Below are positions 37,585 to 46,237 of a stretch of DNA of 55,735 nucleotides, one piece after another. The notes beneath the pieces are model-generated. The model did no database searches. It saw only the letters and a list, made by a program, of their open reading frames with translations, and had not been told where the DNA came from. How positions within the stretch are numbered: position 1 is the first letter of the stretch; every line of letters begins with the position of its first letter. The DNA comes from a virus (Duplodnaviria; Caudoviricetes): the IMG/VR virus record IMGVR_UViG_3300045837_000211, positions 1-55,735 of that record; one strand, given 5' to 3'. The position numbers and the translations under genes are program-made.

Positions 37585-38001
37585 ATGGCAAAGCAAGTAA
37601 TGAGTCTAGCGCTCACGGCAGCGCAGGCGGCAGCGATGGAGTCGTCCTCACTCCAACAGATCGTGGACGGATTCGGCGAGTTCCCCAACGCCGTCTTCGA
37701 TTTCACGGAGCAGAAGTATGACCTCGAAGGGGTGCAGTTGACCGTCAGGGCGTACCGCGACGCGGCGGCTCTCGCCAAACTGACGCCGCTTCCGATGTCC
37801 GATCCCATTGTGCTCAAGCTCACCTGGGACGAACTAAGGGCGATCCCCGGCGCTTCCGACCTCGAGGCCGCCGTGCGCTCCGCCTCTTGGGGAATCATGA
37901 CGACCAACCCGAAGCTGCTGCGTGGGACGCCCCCGCTCAACGCGGGCGACCCCGACACCAGACACAACATCTTCGCCGGCGGGACTCTGGTCGAGGTCTA
38001 A
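37585..38001 (+). CDS. Hypothetical protein (possible fibre assembly)
   Basis: AAGGAG SD; last gene of the tail operon. Confidence 0.6.
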   Translation: MAKQVMSLALTAAQAAAMESSSLQQIVDGFGEFPNAVFDFTEQKYDLEGVQLTVRAYRDAAALAKLTPLPMSDPIVLKLTWDELRAIPGASDLEAAVRSASWGIMTTNPKLLRGTPPLNAGDPDTRHNIFAGGTLVEV

Positions 38002-38022
38002 AGCCGCGCCGCGCCGGAGACG

Positions 38023-38078
38023 AAGGCGCGGTGAGGGGCGGCGCTGCCTGATCAGCGCCGCCCCTCACCGCGCCTTTT
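38023..38078 (+). terminator. Long hairpin / intrinsic terminator ending the late operon
   Basis: Perfect 24-bp stem (38023-38046 / 38053-38076), 6-nt loop, TTTT at 38075-38078. Confidence 0.8.
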
Positions 38079-38360
38079 CCATTCCAACCAACCTCGCGCC
38101 GATTTGTGGTTCAGTTATTCCAACCTAACGCTCGATTCAATTACCTGCCACTACATATAACTCTCCCTTTTTGTCCCGAATTTCTAATGCGCTCTGGCGC
38201 TAGAGGTTAAGTCCGATTTTTATTGCCGGCAATTTCGGGGCAGCCCCGAATTGTTCTTCTCGCCCCCGGAGTGTGATTCCTGTAAGAACCACAACGCCCT
38301 GCATGGAAAAGCTAAGGCAAGCTCAACACTAGAGATAAGCTGCGCCGAGCGACACGAGGA

Positions 38361-38384
38361 ACAATTTGGTCGCGACCAAATTGT
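38361..38384. repeat. Perfect 24-bp palindrome ACAATTTGGTCGCGACCAAATTGT (copy 1; parS-like)
   Basis: Read directly. Confidence 0.9.
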
Positions 38385-38478
38385 CCGACGGCGACCGCGC
38401 ACACCACGGTCAGGAATTTGGTACAGTTCTTCTAATTCGTAGCGCCCCATCTTCTTAGCTTCAATCCAAACCACCATG

Positions 38479-38504
38479 AACAATTTGGTCGCGACCAAAT
38501 TGTT
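38479..38504. repeat. Perfect 26-bp palindrome AACAATTTGGTCGCGACCAAATTGTT (copy 2)
   Basis: Read directly. Confidence 0.9.
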
Positions 38505-39272
38505 TTTAGGAGCGCTCTGCCCTTTTAGCTATTCGTCTCCAACCAAAGGCCCCGGCATCTATGCAATGCAAAGGAGGGCAAAGCCGGCTCTAGGCGGGGC
38601 CCTTACCTGCCAATCCAAGCCGCTTACCACTCACCCCTCACACACCCTAACTCTACCTTTGTGTGCCAGATTTCTAATTCGCTTACGTGACTGGCTTTAA
38701 CTTCGATTTTTTATCGAAAGGATTTTCGGGAGTCCCGAAATGGTTGGCCGGAGGTATTTGTGTGCAACTTTGTGAAATTCGAGGAAGCCTGGTGTCGCGG
38801 GGAAGGTGAAGTAGCCTCAATCACTTAACGATCATTCGCACGCATGACAGCGAATATGGTGCTTCCCATATTGCAAAGCCGCCTGCCGGCGTGCCGGCGC
38901 GCAATATGGTGCTAAATGGCGAACTTGTTGACGGCGGTGGGGATCGACCTCGCCTGGAAGGTTTTTGAATATGGTGATTCACCATATTGTTTATGCCGGG
39001 TGAGCGATGAGGGTAAGGATTAACGAGGGGCGGGAAATGCAAAGCCCGATTTTTAGCAATTCCTAGGCGATAAATGTCAGAGGGGCATGGAGATGAAATG
39101 AGTTTCTAGGTAAGAATCAGTCGCGCCTTGAAAATCAAGCTCGTTAATGATTGAAAATAAGGATGATCAAAATTTTCACGGGTGAAAATCGGCATAATCC
39201 TGTCTACGGTTAATGACGACAATTTTTTCGCCTCCTCGTTTAGACGTCATTGAGACTGTCAGTAATGTGAGG

Positions 39273-40001
39273 TCAGATTTTGTCGCCGTCGAACCGGTCG
39301 CGGTAGTCCTCGCCCTCGACGTGGAGAGTTTTGCACATCTGCTTGAGGCGGCTGCGCGCGGGCGCGCCGATGCGATCGCCGAGCGTCTTCTCCGACGGCG
39401 ATCTCCTCACGTCGAGGCAGTTGGTCGTCGCCAGCGTGAGCCTCTTGTGGTTGTAGCGCTCGCCGATGATCGTGCCGATGATGGCGCGTTCCCACTCGCT
39501 GGGGCTTCTGGCCCCCAGCTCGTCGAGCAGCAGGACCTGGGCCTCGTAGATGGGTCGGAGGATGTCGAGTTCGGCCAGCTCCGAACGCTTATTGTAGGTG
39601 GACTGGATTTCCTTCAGGAGCGTCGGAAAATCGCGGAAGAGGACTTGCGCGCCTTTCTCGGCCAGGCCGCGCAGCACCGAGACGCAGAGGTGCGTCTTCC
39701 CGACCCCAACCGGCCCCATGAGCAGCAGGCCGCGCTCTACGCAGGGGAAGTCCTGGACGAGGCGGAAGGCGTAAGAGTAAGCCTTCAGTTGCGACCCCTG
39801 GCCGGGCTGAGGCCGGTAGCTCTTCAGCGTGCAGTCGCGGTAGATCTCGGGCACCTGCGCCGCGGCGAAGAGCTTCGCCGGGTCTGCCTTCCGGCACTCG
39901 CAGCGGCGCGCGCCCTTGCCCGGCACGACTTCGAGGCCGGTGCCGTGGCAGAGTTTGCAGGGCTCCGGCACTTCCCTGCTCGCTGTGGGCTGCGTGCTCA
40001 C
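39273..40001 (-). CDS. DnaC/IstB-like AAA+ helicase loader
   Basis: CKLC.GTG...CEC zinc motif, GPVGVGKTHL, LLLDELG, TTN, SRL..MC...G.DYR. Confidence 0.9.
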   Translation of the reverse strand: MSTQPTASREVPEPCKLCHGTGLEVVPGKGARRCECRKADPAKLFAAAQVPEIYRDCTLKSYRPQPGQGSQLKAYSYAFRLVQDFPCVERGLLLMGPVGVGKTHLCVSVLRGLAEKGAQVLFRDFPTLLKEIQSTYNKRSELAELDILRPIYEAQVLLLDELGARSPSEWERAIIGTIIGERYNHKRLTLATTNCLDVRRSPSEKTLGDRIGAPARSRLKQMCKTLHVEGEDYRDRFDGDKI

Positions 40002-41194
40002 GGCTGTCCGGTCTGCTCCTTCTCGCGCTCGTAACGCTCGAGCGCGGCCTCACGAATGCGCGGCCATCTGTCGGCCTCGACCGAGCCGGCGAGTTGGCCG
40101 TCAATCTCCTCGATGGTCATCCCGTCGTGAAGGAACTGGACGAACATGCCGACCAGCTCTTCGTCCGTCGGCGGCGTGGGCGCGGGCGAAGGCTGCGCCG
40201 GCGGCGCGGGCTGCGCGGCGCGCTGTGGCATCGGCGTCCTATTCGTCAGTCTGCGCCGGAGGTGTTCGAGCAGGAGCGCTGGCGCTGATGAGACCATTTC
40301 GGTGCGCGACGCGGCGTGGCGTAGTTCCGCCGCGAGGAGATCCCCGACCTCCTTCCACTTGTCGGCTTCAGAAGCCGGGCTCTCTTTACCGGTCACTTCC
40401 CTGCTCGCTTGCCGGAGTATCTTGACGAATCGGGCGAAAGCCTCATCATCAGCTTTTTCTTCCGACGTTTTAAGAAAAGTCTTCGGCTCGCTGTAAATGT
40501 CAGCGGCCTCACCAGATGGGGCCTGGCTAGTCTGACTACTTTCAGGTGTGTCTAGTCCGTCTGGTTTCTGGGCGGGGCTACTCCGACCAGTCTGACTACT
40601 CTGCCTAGTCGGACTAGGCGGGGTGGAGATTTCTTCCGGCAGGAAGACCTCATACTCGTTGCCGGCGTGCTCGCCCGCGAAGACAGTCACCCGGATCAGG
40701 CCGACCTGCTGAAGGTGTACGACGTTGGAGTCGAAGGTGACGCGCGATCCGATGTGGGCCATCTGCATCAGTCGCGCGCGCGCCGCGCGCACCTTCCTTT
40801 TCGGAATGACGGCACCGCGGGTGAGCGCATAGAGCTGGTCGTAGAGTTGCTTGCTCTTGCCGCGGAAGAGACCAGCCGGAACGGCCTCGCGCGTGATCGA
40901 GTTGGCGACGCGGGCGTAGTCGCGCTCCGGTGCAATACTCTGCCTAGTCTGACTAGAGGGGGTAGTCTGCCTAGACTGTCTAGTCTGCGTAGCCGCGCTA
41001 GTCTGACTAGGCTGTGTTGCCTCGACGGGAGGAGCTTCTTGAGGCGCAGTCTCCGCGGCGGAGCCTGAGGCGATGATCTCTTCTATCGGGTGGCGTCCGG
41101 GGGAGGGAAGTTTGACGCGGTCGAACATGCCCGTGGAGATGCGGCCCGGCGGTCGCGTCCTGATCGGCTCTTTCTTCCGTTTAGGATCGGTCAC
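39998..41194 (-). CDS. Putative plasmid-type replication initiator (wHTH) with intragenic repeats
   Basis: Between parA and the loader; VANSI, LYDQLY..TRG, HL...GLI, GNEYEV.LP; SQT repeats. Confidence 0.65.
   Translation of the reverse strand: MTDPKRKKEPIRTRPPGRISTGMFDRVKLPSPGRHPIEEIIASGSAAETAPQEAPPVEATQPSQTSAATQTRQSRQTTPSSQTRQSIAPERDYARVANSITREAVPAGLFRGKSKQLYDQLYALTRGAVIPKRKVRAARARLMQMAHIGSRVTFDSNVVHLQQVGLIRVTVFAGEHAGNEYEVFLPEEISTPPSPTRQSSQTGRSSPAQKPDGLDTPESSQTSQAPSGEAADIYSEPKTFLKTSEEKADDEAFARFVKILRQASREVTGKESPASEADKWKEVGDLLAAELRHAASRTEMVSSAPALLLEHLRRRLTNRTPMPQRAAQPAPPAQPSPAPTPPTDEELVGMFVQFLHDGMTIEEIDGQLAGSVEADRWPRIREAALERYEREKEQTGQP
40527..40617. repeat. CTAGTCTGA-type repeat array 1 inside the rep-like gene
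   Basis: Units at 40527, 40552 and a 9-bp periodic run at 40578, 40587, 40596, 40605. Confidence 0.85.
40935..41015. repeat. Nine tandem 9-bp units (consensus CTAGTCTGM), array 2
   Basis: ATACTCTGC CTAGTCTGA CTAGAGGGG GTAGTCTGC CTAGACTGT CTAGTCTGC GTAGCCGCG CTAGTCTGA CTAGGCTGT. Confidence 0.9.
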
Positions 41195-41198
41195 TCCC

Positions 41199-41996
41199 TC
41201 ACGCCTCCTTCGATTCGACCAGCTTGAGGTGCGCGCTCATCTTCAGCCGGGCGAGCATCTCGTCGGTGAGGTTCTCGTAGTCCTCAGCGCCAGGCGCCTT
41301 CGGCGCGTGCTCGTAGATGGACTGGCGCATGGCGGGGGCCGTCTGAAGTTGTACGTTGTCGCGGATGACGGTCTCGAAGACCGACGCGCCGAACATCTCC
41401 TGCGCCTTGGCGAGCGCCTCGCCGCAGATGCGCTTGCGGACGTGGAAGCGAGTGACGAGGTAGCCCAGGATGGCGAGCTGCGGGTTCGGCTGCCGGGCGA
41501 ACCGGATCGTCTCCTGGAGGTCGGCGACGCCTTCGAGCGGGTAATACTCCGCGGCGATGGGCACGATGATGTAGTGGGAGGCCAGGAGCGCCTGCGTGAG
41601 CGTCAGCCCCAGCGTGTGCGGGCAGTCGAGGATGACGAAGTCGTAAGGGTCGGGGAGGGACGAGAGCGCCTCCTTGAGGCGGTACTGCTCCTGGAGCGTG
41701 ACCATCTGGTCGAGCATGGCGACGCGGATGTGGCTGGGGACGAGGTCGAGCCCCTCGATGTGCGTGGCGTAGCGCGCCTCCTCGAGCGCCACGCGGTTGT
41801 CGTGGCCGACGAGCACGTCGGCCAGGGTGACCGTGATCTGCTCCTGCTCGAAGTAGGTCTGGGTGGAATTGCGCTGGCTGTCGAGGTCGATGAGAAGCGT
41901 CTTGTAGCCGCGGATGGCGAGGCCGGCGGCCACGTTGACGGCGGTCGTGGTCTTTCCGACGCCGCCCTTCTGATTCGCTATCGCGATGACCTTCAA
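41199..41996 (-). CDS. parA: ParA/Soj partition ATPase
   Basis: NQKGGVGKTT, LLIDLDSQ, DFVILDCP. Confidence 0.95.
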   Translation of the reverse strand: MKVIAIANQKGGVGKTTTAVNVAAGLAIRGYKTLLIDLDSQRNSTQTYFEQEQITVTLADVLVGHDNRVALEEARYATHIEGLDLVPSHIRVAMLDQMVTLQEQYRLKEALSSLPDPYDFVILDCPHTLGLTLTQALLASHYIIVPIAAEYYPLEGVADLQETIRFARQPNPQLAILGYLVTRFHVRKRICGEALAKAQEMFGASVFETVIRDNVQLQTAPAMRQSIYEHAPKAPGAEDYENLTDEMLARLKMSAHLKLVESKEA

Positions 41997-42205
41997 GCTG
42001 CCTCCTTTCTTTTCGTCGGCGGCCTGCCCGTCTTCTTGGGGGGTGAGAAGTCGACCAGGTCAGCCTCCGGTATTCTCCAGACACGTCCGCGCGGAGTCTC
42101 CTCCTCGTAGGCGTGCTCAAATAGGCCGCGGCGACACCAGTACCTGACCGTCGCCGCCAGTACGTTGTAGCGCTCCGCAACCTCATCAGTCATCAGGTCT
42201 GCCAT
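41993..42205 (-). CDS. Excisionase/MerR-like HTH protein
   Basis: MTDEVAERYNV...TVRYWCRRG...WRIP..DL, AT-hook-like GRPP; coupled to parA. Confidence 0.75.
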   Translation of the reverse strand: MADLMTDEVAERYNVLAATVRYWCRRGLFEHAYEEETPRGRVWRIPEADLVDFSPPKKTGRPPTKRKEAA

Positions 42206-42212
42206 GCACGGG

Positions 42213-42303
42213 ACAGTAACACGAAGCGCGCCGCGCAGTAAAGAAAATAATTTACGCGCACATAAAAATTTATCTTGACAAAGTATTTACGAGCGCGTAA
42301 AAT
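42213..42303. promoter_or_regulatory. Divergent promoters with paired operators
   Basis: + strand TTGACA 42275-42280, 17 bp, TAAAAT 42298-42303; - strand TTTACT 42242-42237, 18 bp, TACTGT 42218-42213; TTTACG-N4-C(A/G)TAAA at 42251 and 42286. Confidence 0.7.
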
Positions 42304-42344
42304 GTTTTTCGTCGGAAGGGAATTGAGAAGAGAGGGAAGAGAAG

Positions 42345-42602
42345 ATGAAGACCACGACGCGCCGCCGCCCCCGCCACAACTCAGTCGCCCGCTCCGCGCG
42401 TGTCTCCCGCACGATCACGTCGGTCACGGTCTCCTGCTCGAACGACGTGACCCTGGGCGAGACCTCAGTCCGCTTCCACAAATTCATCGGCGAGTACATC
42501 GCGGTGGTGAACCTCTACGGTCGGAGCTGCTCCGGCGTCGCGGCGACGGAGGCCGAGGCGATTGAGGCGGCGCGGGCGCGGTGCGAGGAACTCCGCGGGT
42601 GA
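42345..42602 (+). CDS. Hypothetical protein
   Basis: Purine-rich leader after a consensus promoter. Confidence 0.55.
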   Translation: MKTTTRRRPRHNSVARSARVSRTITSVTVSCSNDVTLGETSVRFHKFIGEYIAVVNLYGRSCSGVAATEAEAIEAARARCEELRG

Positions 42603-42785
42603 GAGAACCGCGTCCGATAAAGTCCTTGACATGATGAAGCTCTTTAATCAGATAAAGTCCTTTAAGATTTCCCGATGTCGCCAATCCTATATAATGATGT
42701 GAGACAGACAACGAGTCCGCGGCAGCGTGTCAGGCGCCGCGGACTCTCGACCACAACTGATCGCACCGTCTAAGGAGAATCAGTC

Positions 42786-43292
42786 ATGGCTACCCCGGAA
42801 GATAGCAGAATCCTCGTCAACCTGAAACAGTCCCTCGCCGCCGCCGGAGGCGGCTTCGAGTCGCCCATGGGCCGCTACAACGGCGGCTGGTGCAAGACCG
42901 TCGAGCGGCTCGACAAGTCGAAGGATAACGGCTACTCGCTCGTCGGCGAATTCGTCCACAAGGAGAGTGTGCAGGCCTACCAGGAGCCGGGCCTCTATTT
43001 GGATTGCGACATCGGCGGCTCGCGCAGGAATCAGGTCAAGTATTACACGCTCTTCGCGCTCAAGGCGGACGGCACGGTCGAGGTGCTTCAGACGCTCTCC
43101 GTGCGCGCGGGTCGCACGTCGGACTGGGCGGTGCGGCTCTGGCCCGCAATCGAGAGTTATTTCGAGTCGCAGCGCGGCGTCGAGGTTCGACGCGCGGAGC
43201 TTGCAGAGCGCGTCGAGCGGCTGCGCAGGGAGATGGCCGAGGCCGAGGCCGAACTGCTCTCGCTCGAAGGAGAAAAGGCGGTGGCGCAATGA
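42786..43292 (+). CDS. Hypothetical protein with C-terminal coiled coil
   Basis: AAGGAG SD. Confidence 0.65.
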   Translation: MATPEDSRILVNLKQSLAAAGGGFESPMGRYNGGWCKTVERLDKSKDNGYSLVGEFVHKESVQAYQEPGLYLDCDIGGSRRNQVKYYTLFALKADGTVEVLQTLSVRAGRTSDWAVRLWPAIESYFESQRGVEVRRAELAERVERLRREMAEAEAELLSLEGEKAVAQ

Positions 43293-43822
43293 GCGTCGAA
43301 TTAGTCGAGCGCGGCGCGCGCCTCTACGTCGCCGGCGACACCTACGCGATCAAGGACCGGCTGAAGGAGGCCGGCTGCCACTGGGACGGAGAGCGCCGCC
43401 AGTGGTGGATCGGGAAGGGGAAGCGCAAAGAGATCGAGGCGCTGCTGGACGCGCCGCCGCCATCGAAGGCCGAGGTGGCCGCCCGCCGGCTTGAGCAAGA
43501 TCGCAACCACATCACCGGGCGCGCTAGCTTCAACGGCCACGATTACTACGTCGTCGGCGACGGCCACAACGAGCGCGGCGGCTGGGTGCGGCTCATGTTC
43601 CGCGACGGCTCGAAGACCTTCTACAAGGACGTGAGCGAGGTCGAGATCACAAAGTCTTACGAGAAGCCCCGCACGCTCGCCGCCTTACAGGAGTTTGCGC
43701 GTCAGATGCGGGAAGGCAACGACGAGTGCGCGTGCCGCGAGCCGGGCTGCTGCATCCCGCGCTGCCGCTGCACGGAGATGTGCGCGTGCCGGGGCGGCCC
43801 CGTCTTCGACTGTCTCGGATGA
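43289..43822 (+). CDS. Hypothetical protein with Cys-rich tail
   Basis: GDTYAIKDRLKEAG..WD...RQWW module; C-terminal CAC...CC..CRC..MCAC. Confidence 0.65.
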   Translation: MSVELVERGARLYVAGDTYAIKDRLKEAGCHWDGERRQWWIGKGKRKEIEALLDAPPPSKAEVAARRLEQDRNHITGRASFNGHDYYVVGDGHNERGGWVRLMFRDGSKTFYKDVSEVEITKSYEKPRTLAALQEFARQMREGNDECACREPGCCIPRCRCTEMCACRGGPVFDCLG

Positions 43823-44094
43823 GGAGGGAAGCGGTGTATCACACAAAACTGCCGCCCGAATTGGAGGCGCATTACCTCTACACGCCCGACGGGGGGCACT
43901 CGATTGAGTGCCTCCTCGCGGAGCAGTCCGCGGAGGCGTTCGCCACGCACAGCGTGAAAGAACATCTGGTGCCGTGCCCGGTCAAGGCCGTGCTCCGCGC
44001 GGGCTACCACGTCGTGCGCGGCCAGGTTGTAGTCGACCTACCTTATGACCCCGACCTCGGGCTGCTGACCGAGGAGGAAGACGAGGAATACTGA
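43819..44094 (+). CDS. Hypothetical protein
   Basis: ATGA coupling (start may be GTG 43834). Confidence 0.5.
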   Translation: MRREAVYHTKLPPELEAHYLYTPDGGHSIECLLAEQSAEAFATHSVKEHLVPCPVKAVLRAGYHVVRGQVVVDLPYDPDLGLLTEEEDEEY

Positions 44095-44528
44095 TGGAGA
44101 TCAAAGTTCGGAGCGCCGGGCCTGAGATCATCGAGACGAATTATTGGGAACACGAGTACGCGGCGCGCGGCCTCTTCTTCCTGACCTCGAACGCGGGAGC
44201 GTTCCGGCTACTCGTGCCGGAGGCGCACCTGTCGGCGGTCTCCGAGTTTCGCACGGCGCGCGAGGTCGTCGTCTCGCGGGGGCCGTGGCCGGAGAGGGGC
44301 GGGCGCGAGGCGATAGAGATCCTCTTCGACGACGGCACGGACTCGCCTTACGCGCTGCACCTCGACGCGCGGCAGCTCGACCGGCTGCCGGCGGCGGGCG
44401 ACGTGGGACGCGAATGGCTCTTCACGGCCTGGGTGCAGGGCGCAGGCGGTCGCCCTGTGCGGGTCTTCGAGCACGAATGCGCGTACCGCCTCGTGCCCCG
44501 CCTGCCGTGGCTGAAGCCGAAGGAGTGA
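44094..44528 (+). CDS. Hypothetical protein
   Basis: GAGGA SD; coupled to neighbours. Confidence 0.65.
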   Translation: MEIKVRSAGPEIIETNYWEHEYAARGLFFLTSNAGAFRLLVPEAHLSAVSEFRTAREVVVSRGPWPERGGREAIEILFDDGTDSPYALHLDARQLDRLPAAGDVGREWLFTAWVQGAGGRPVRVFEHECAYRLVPRLPWLKPKE

Positions 44529-45127
44529 CGGTGGATTACCCAAAGGTGCCGGCCGCGGAAGTGACCCTGCGGCGGGAGAAATTAGGACTGACGATCAACC
44601 GCATCTGCCGGCTCCTGCGCATCTCGGAGCCGACATGGAAGCGGTGGGAGCGCGAGACCTCCGCCCCCGCTTTCGTTCACTTCCTATTGTTATATCTTGA
44701 GGCCGGCGCTCCGCTCCCAACGACCGCCGTCAAGTCGATGGCGCGGACATTGAGCGACGACCCGCGCGAGCGGTTCATGGCTAAGGTAACGCCGGGCGAA
44801 AACGGCCATCTCTTATGGACGGCCAGGGATAGATTCAAGCTTAACGGCGAGAACGTCCGCCCGCGCAAGGCGGCGTGGTTCTTTGCACATGGGATCATCC
44901 CCGAAAACGACGTCCTCACGACGTGCGGTCGCGGCGACTGCGTCGCCCCCGCGCACCTGAAGCTCGGCAAGCGCAGCGGCCGGCACAAGGGCATCGGGGC
45001 GGCGACCAAGTCGGCGATCCTGCTCGAACTGCGCCGCGGCAAAAAGACGGGCGCAGAGATCGCCACCAAATACGAAGTCAGTCCGGGGACTGTCTCGGCT
45101 CTGAAAAAGTTAGTAGGAAGGGAATAA
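44525..45127 (+). CDS. XRE-HTH fused to a degenerate HNH domain and a second HTH
   Basis: RREKLGLT...W.RWE; RFMAKV...LWT...AW...G.IP...VLTTCG..DCV.P.HL; EIATKYEVSPGTVS. Confidence 0.7.
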   Translation: MTVDYPKVPAAEVTLRREKLGLTINRICRLLRISEPTWKRWERETSAPAFVHFLLLYLEAGAPLPTTAVKSMARTLSDDPRERFMAKVTPGENGHLLWTARDRFKLNGENVRPRKAAWFFAHGIIPENDVLTTCGRGDCVAPAHLKLGKRSGRHKGIGAATKSAILLELRRGKKTGAEIATKYEVSPGTVSALKKLVGRE

Positions 45128-45132
45128 TTACG

Positions 45133-45169
45133 AAAGGGGATGCCAAGCCTTTGGGGCGGCATCCCCTTT
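45133..45169. terminator. Bidirectional terminator between convergent operons
   Basis: AAAGGGGATGCC ... GGCATCCCCTTT inverted repeat. Confidence 0.7.
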
Positions 45170-45349
45170 ACTTTGTAGCGGTCACTGTCCTCACCCCAGC
45201 AACCGCCCGGGCGCTTGGATTCACCGCGCGCCCACGTGCGGCGGATATTATTTCAAAAATAATAATCTGGCAAGACGAAAATGAGGTGCGCTTTTGAGGC
45301 TGCGCCTGAAGCAGCGCGCCCGGAGGAACTCGTTCGACCTTCGCACTCC

Positions 45350-45559
45350 TCATTCGAGGTCTATCCTCGTGGCGTATTCGACCAGCCTGATTGAAAGCTC
45401 CCGCCCTTCGACGACGAGGTATTTCGCCGCGTCCGGCTTCTCCGCCTTGGCCAACCGCTCGGCGATGAATTGTGCCGCCGCATCGCGCGACTCGAAGCTC
45501 TGCCAGCCGACGTCGCCCACGTCCCAGTAACCGTCCTCGAAAAAGACCCAGACCTTCAT
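45350..45559 (-). CDS. Hypothetical protein
   Basis: ATGA-coupled minus-strand operon. Confidence 0.55.
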   Translation of the reverse strand: MKVWVFFEDGYWDVGDVGWQSFESRDAAAQFIAERLAKAEKPDAAKYLVVEGRELSIRLVEYATRIDLE

Positions 45560-45993
45560 TCGATCACCTCGACCGTCTCGGCGTTCACGAACCGGCAGAG
45601 CCTATATGCGGACATGATGCCGGCGCGGACTTGCTCGCGCGCGACCTCACGCAATTCGGCGACGCGCCGCTCGTCGCCGGCGAGCATAGGGATCATGTCA
45701 CCCCGGTCGCCGCGGCTGGGGCGCACGCCCGGAAGCTCGACGCCCCCGCCGCGGCAGAGGAAGACGAGCAGCTCTGTGACGGCGTCCTCCGGCTCTGACT
45801 GCCCCCTCTCGTCGCGCAGGTACTTCTCGGCGATGGCCTCGGCCTCGAAGGGCGTGAGCCAGGCCGCCGGCGTGACGGAAGGGGACTCGCGCAGGTAGGG
45901 CTTGCGGAGGTTCGGCACGACGTGCCAGCGTGAGCTGTCGCGGTGGCGGAAGCGGTTAAGGGTTTGAATCGTCTCTTCCAGGCTCATGGCCAT
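45556..45993 (-). CDS. Hypothetical protein
   Basis: AAGGAG SD. Confidence 0.55.
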   Translation of the reverse strand: MAMSLEETIQTLNRFRHRDSSRWHVVPNLRKPYLRESPSVTPAAWLTPFEAEAIAEKYLRDERGQSEPEDAVTELLVFLCRGGGVELPGVRPSRGDRGDMIPMLAGDERRVAELREVAREQVRAGIMSAYRLCRFVNAETVEVIE

Positions 45994-46237
45994 AAGGCAC
46001 TCCTTTCTTCACGAGCTGGCCGGCAGGCCCCTCGAGGAGGCCCAGAAACTCTGCCGGCGTGAGCTTCACGTGGTTCGGACTCCAGACCACGGCCTCTATC
46101 GTCGCCGCGCTCAAGTCTTCGCGCCGGAGGCGCTCGACGACCTCAGAGTACCGACCCTGGAATTCTGGCATCTGCTCGCCCCGGTCGTCGCAGACGGCCA
46201 AGAGCCCGTTCGCGAAGACGATGATGTCTTTGATCAT
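45956..46237 (-). CDS. Hypothetical protein
   Basis: F.NG...V.D..GEQMPEFQG; coupled. Confidence 0.55.
   Translation of the reverse strand: MIKDIIVFANGLLAVCDDRGEQMPEFQGRYSEVVERLRREDLSAATIEAVVWSPNHVKLTPAEFLGLLEGPAGQLVKKGVPYGHEPGRDDSNP

Noticed and set aside
36119-38001. Diversity-generating retroelement or invertible tail-fibre system
   Set aside because: No reverse transcriptase, no template/variable repeat pair and no invertase beside the fibre gene
38023-38504. Long palindromes as a telomere-resolution (protelomerase) site of a linear phage-plasmid
   Set aside because: No protelomerase-like gene is recognisable; the 24-bp stem has a loop and U-tract like a terminator; the window ends look circularly joined
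38361-38504. Two identical palindromic repeats as a mini CRISPR array
   Set aside because: Only two copies, about 95 bp apart, perfectly palindromic, and no cas genes
38220-39042. Short ORFs in the palindrome-rich region
   Set aside because: No SD, atypical composition, mutually overlapping; better explained as non-coding DNA
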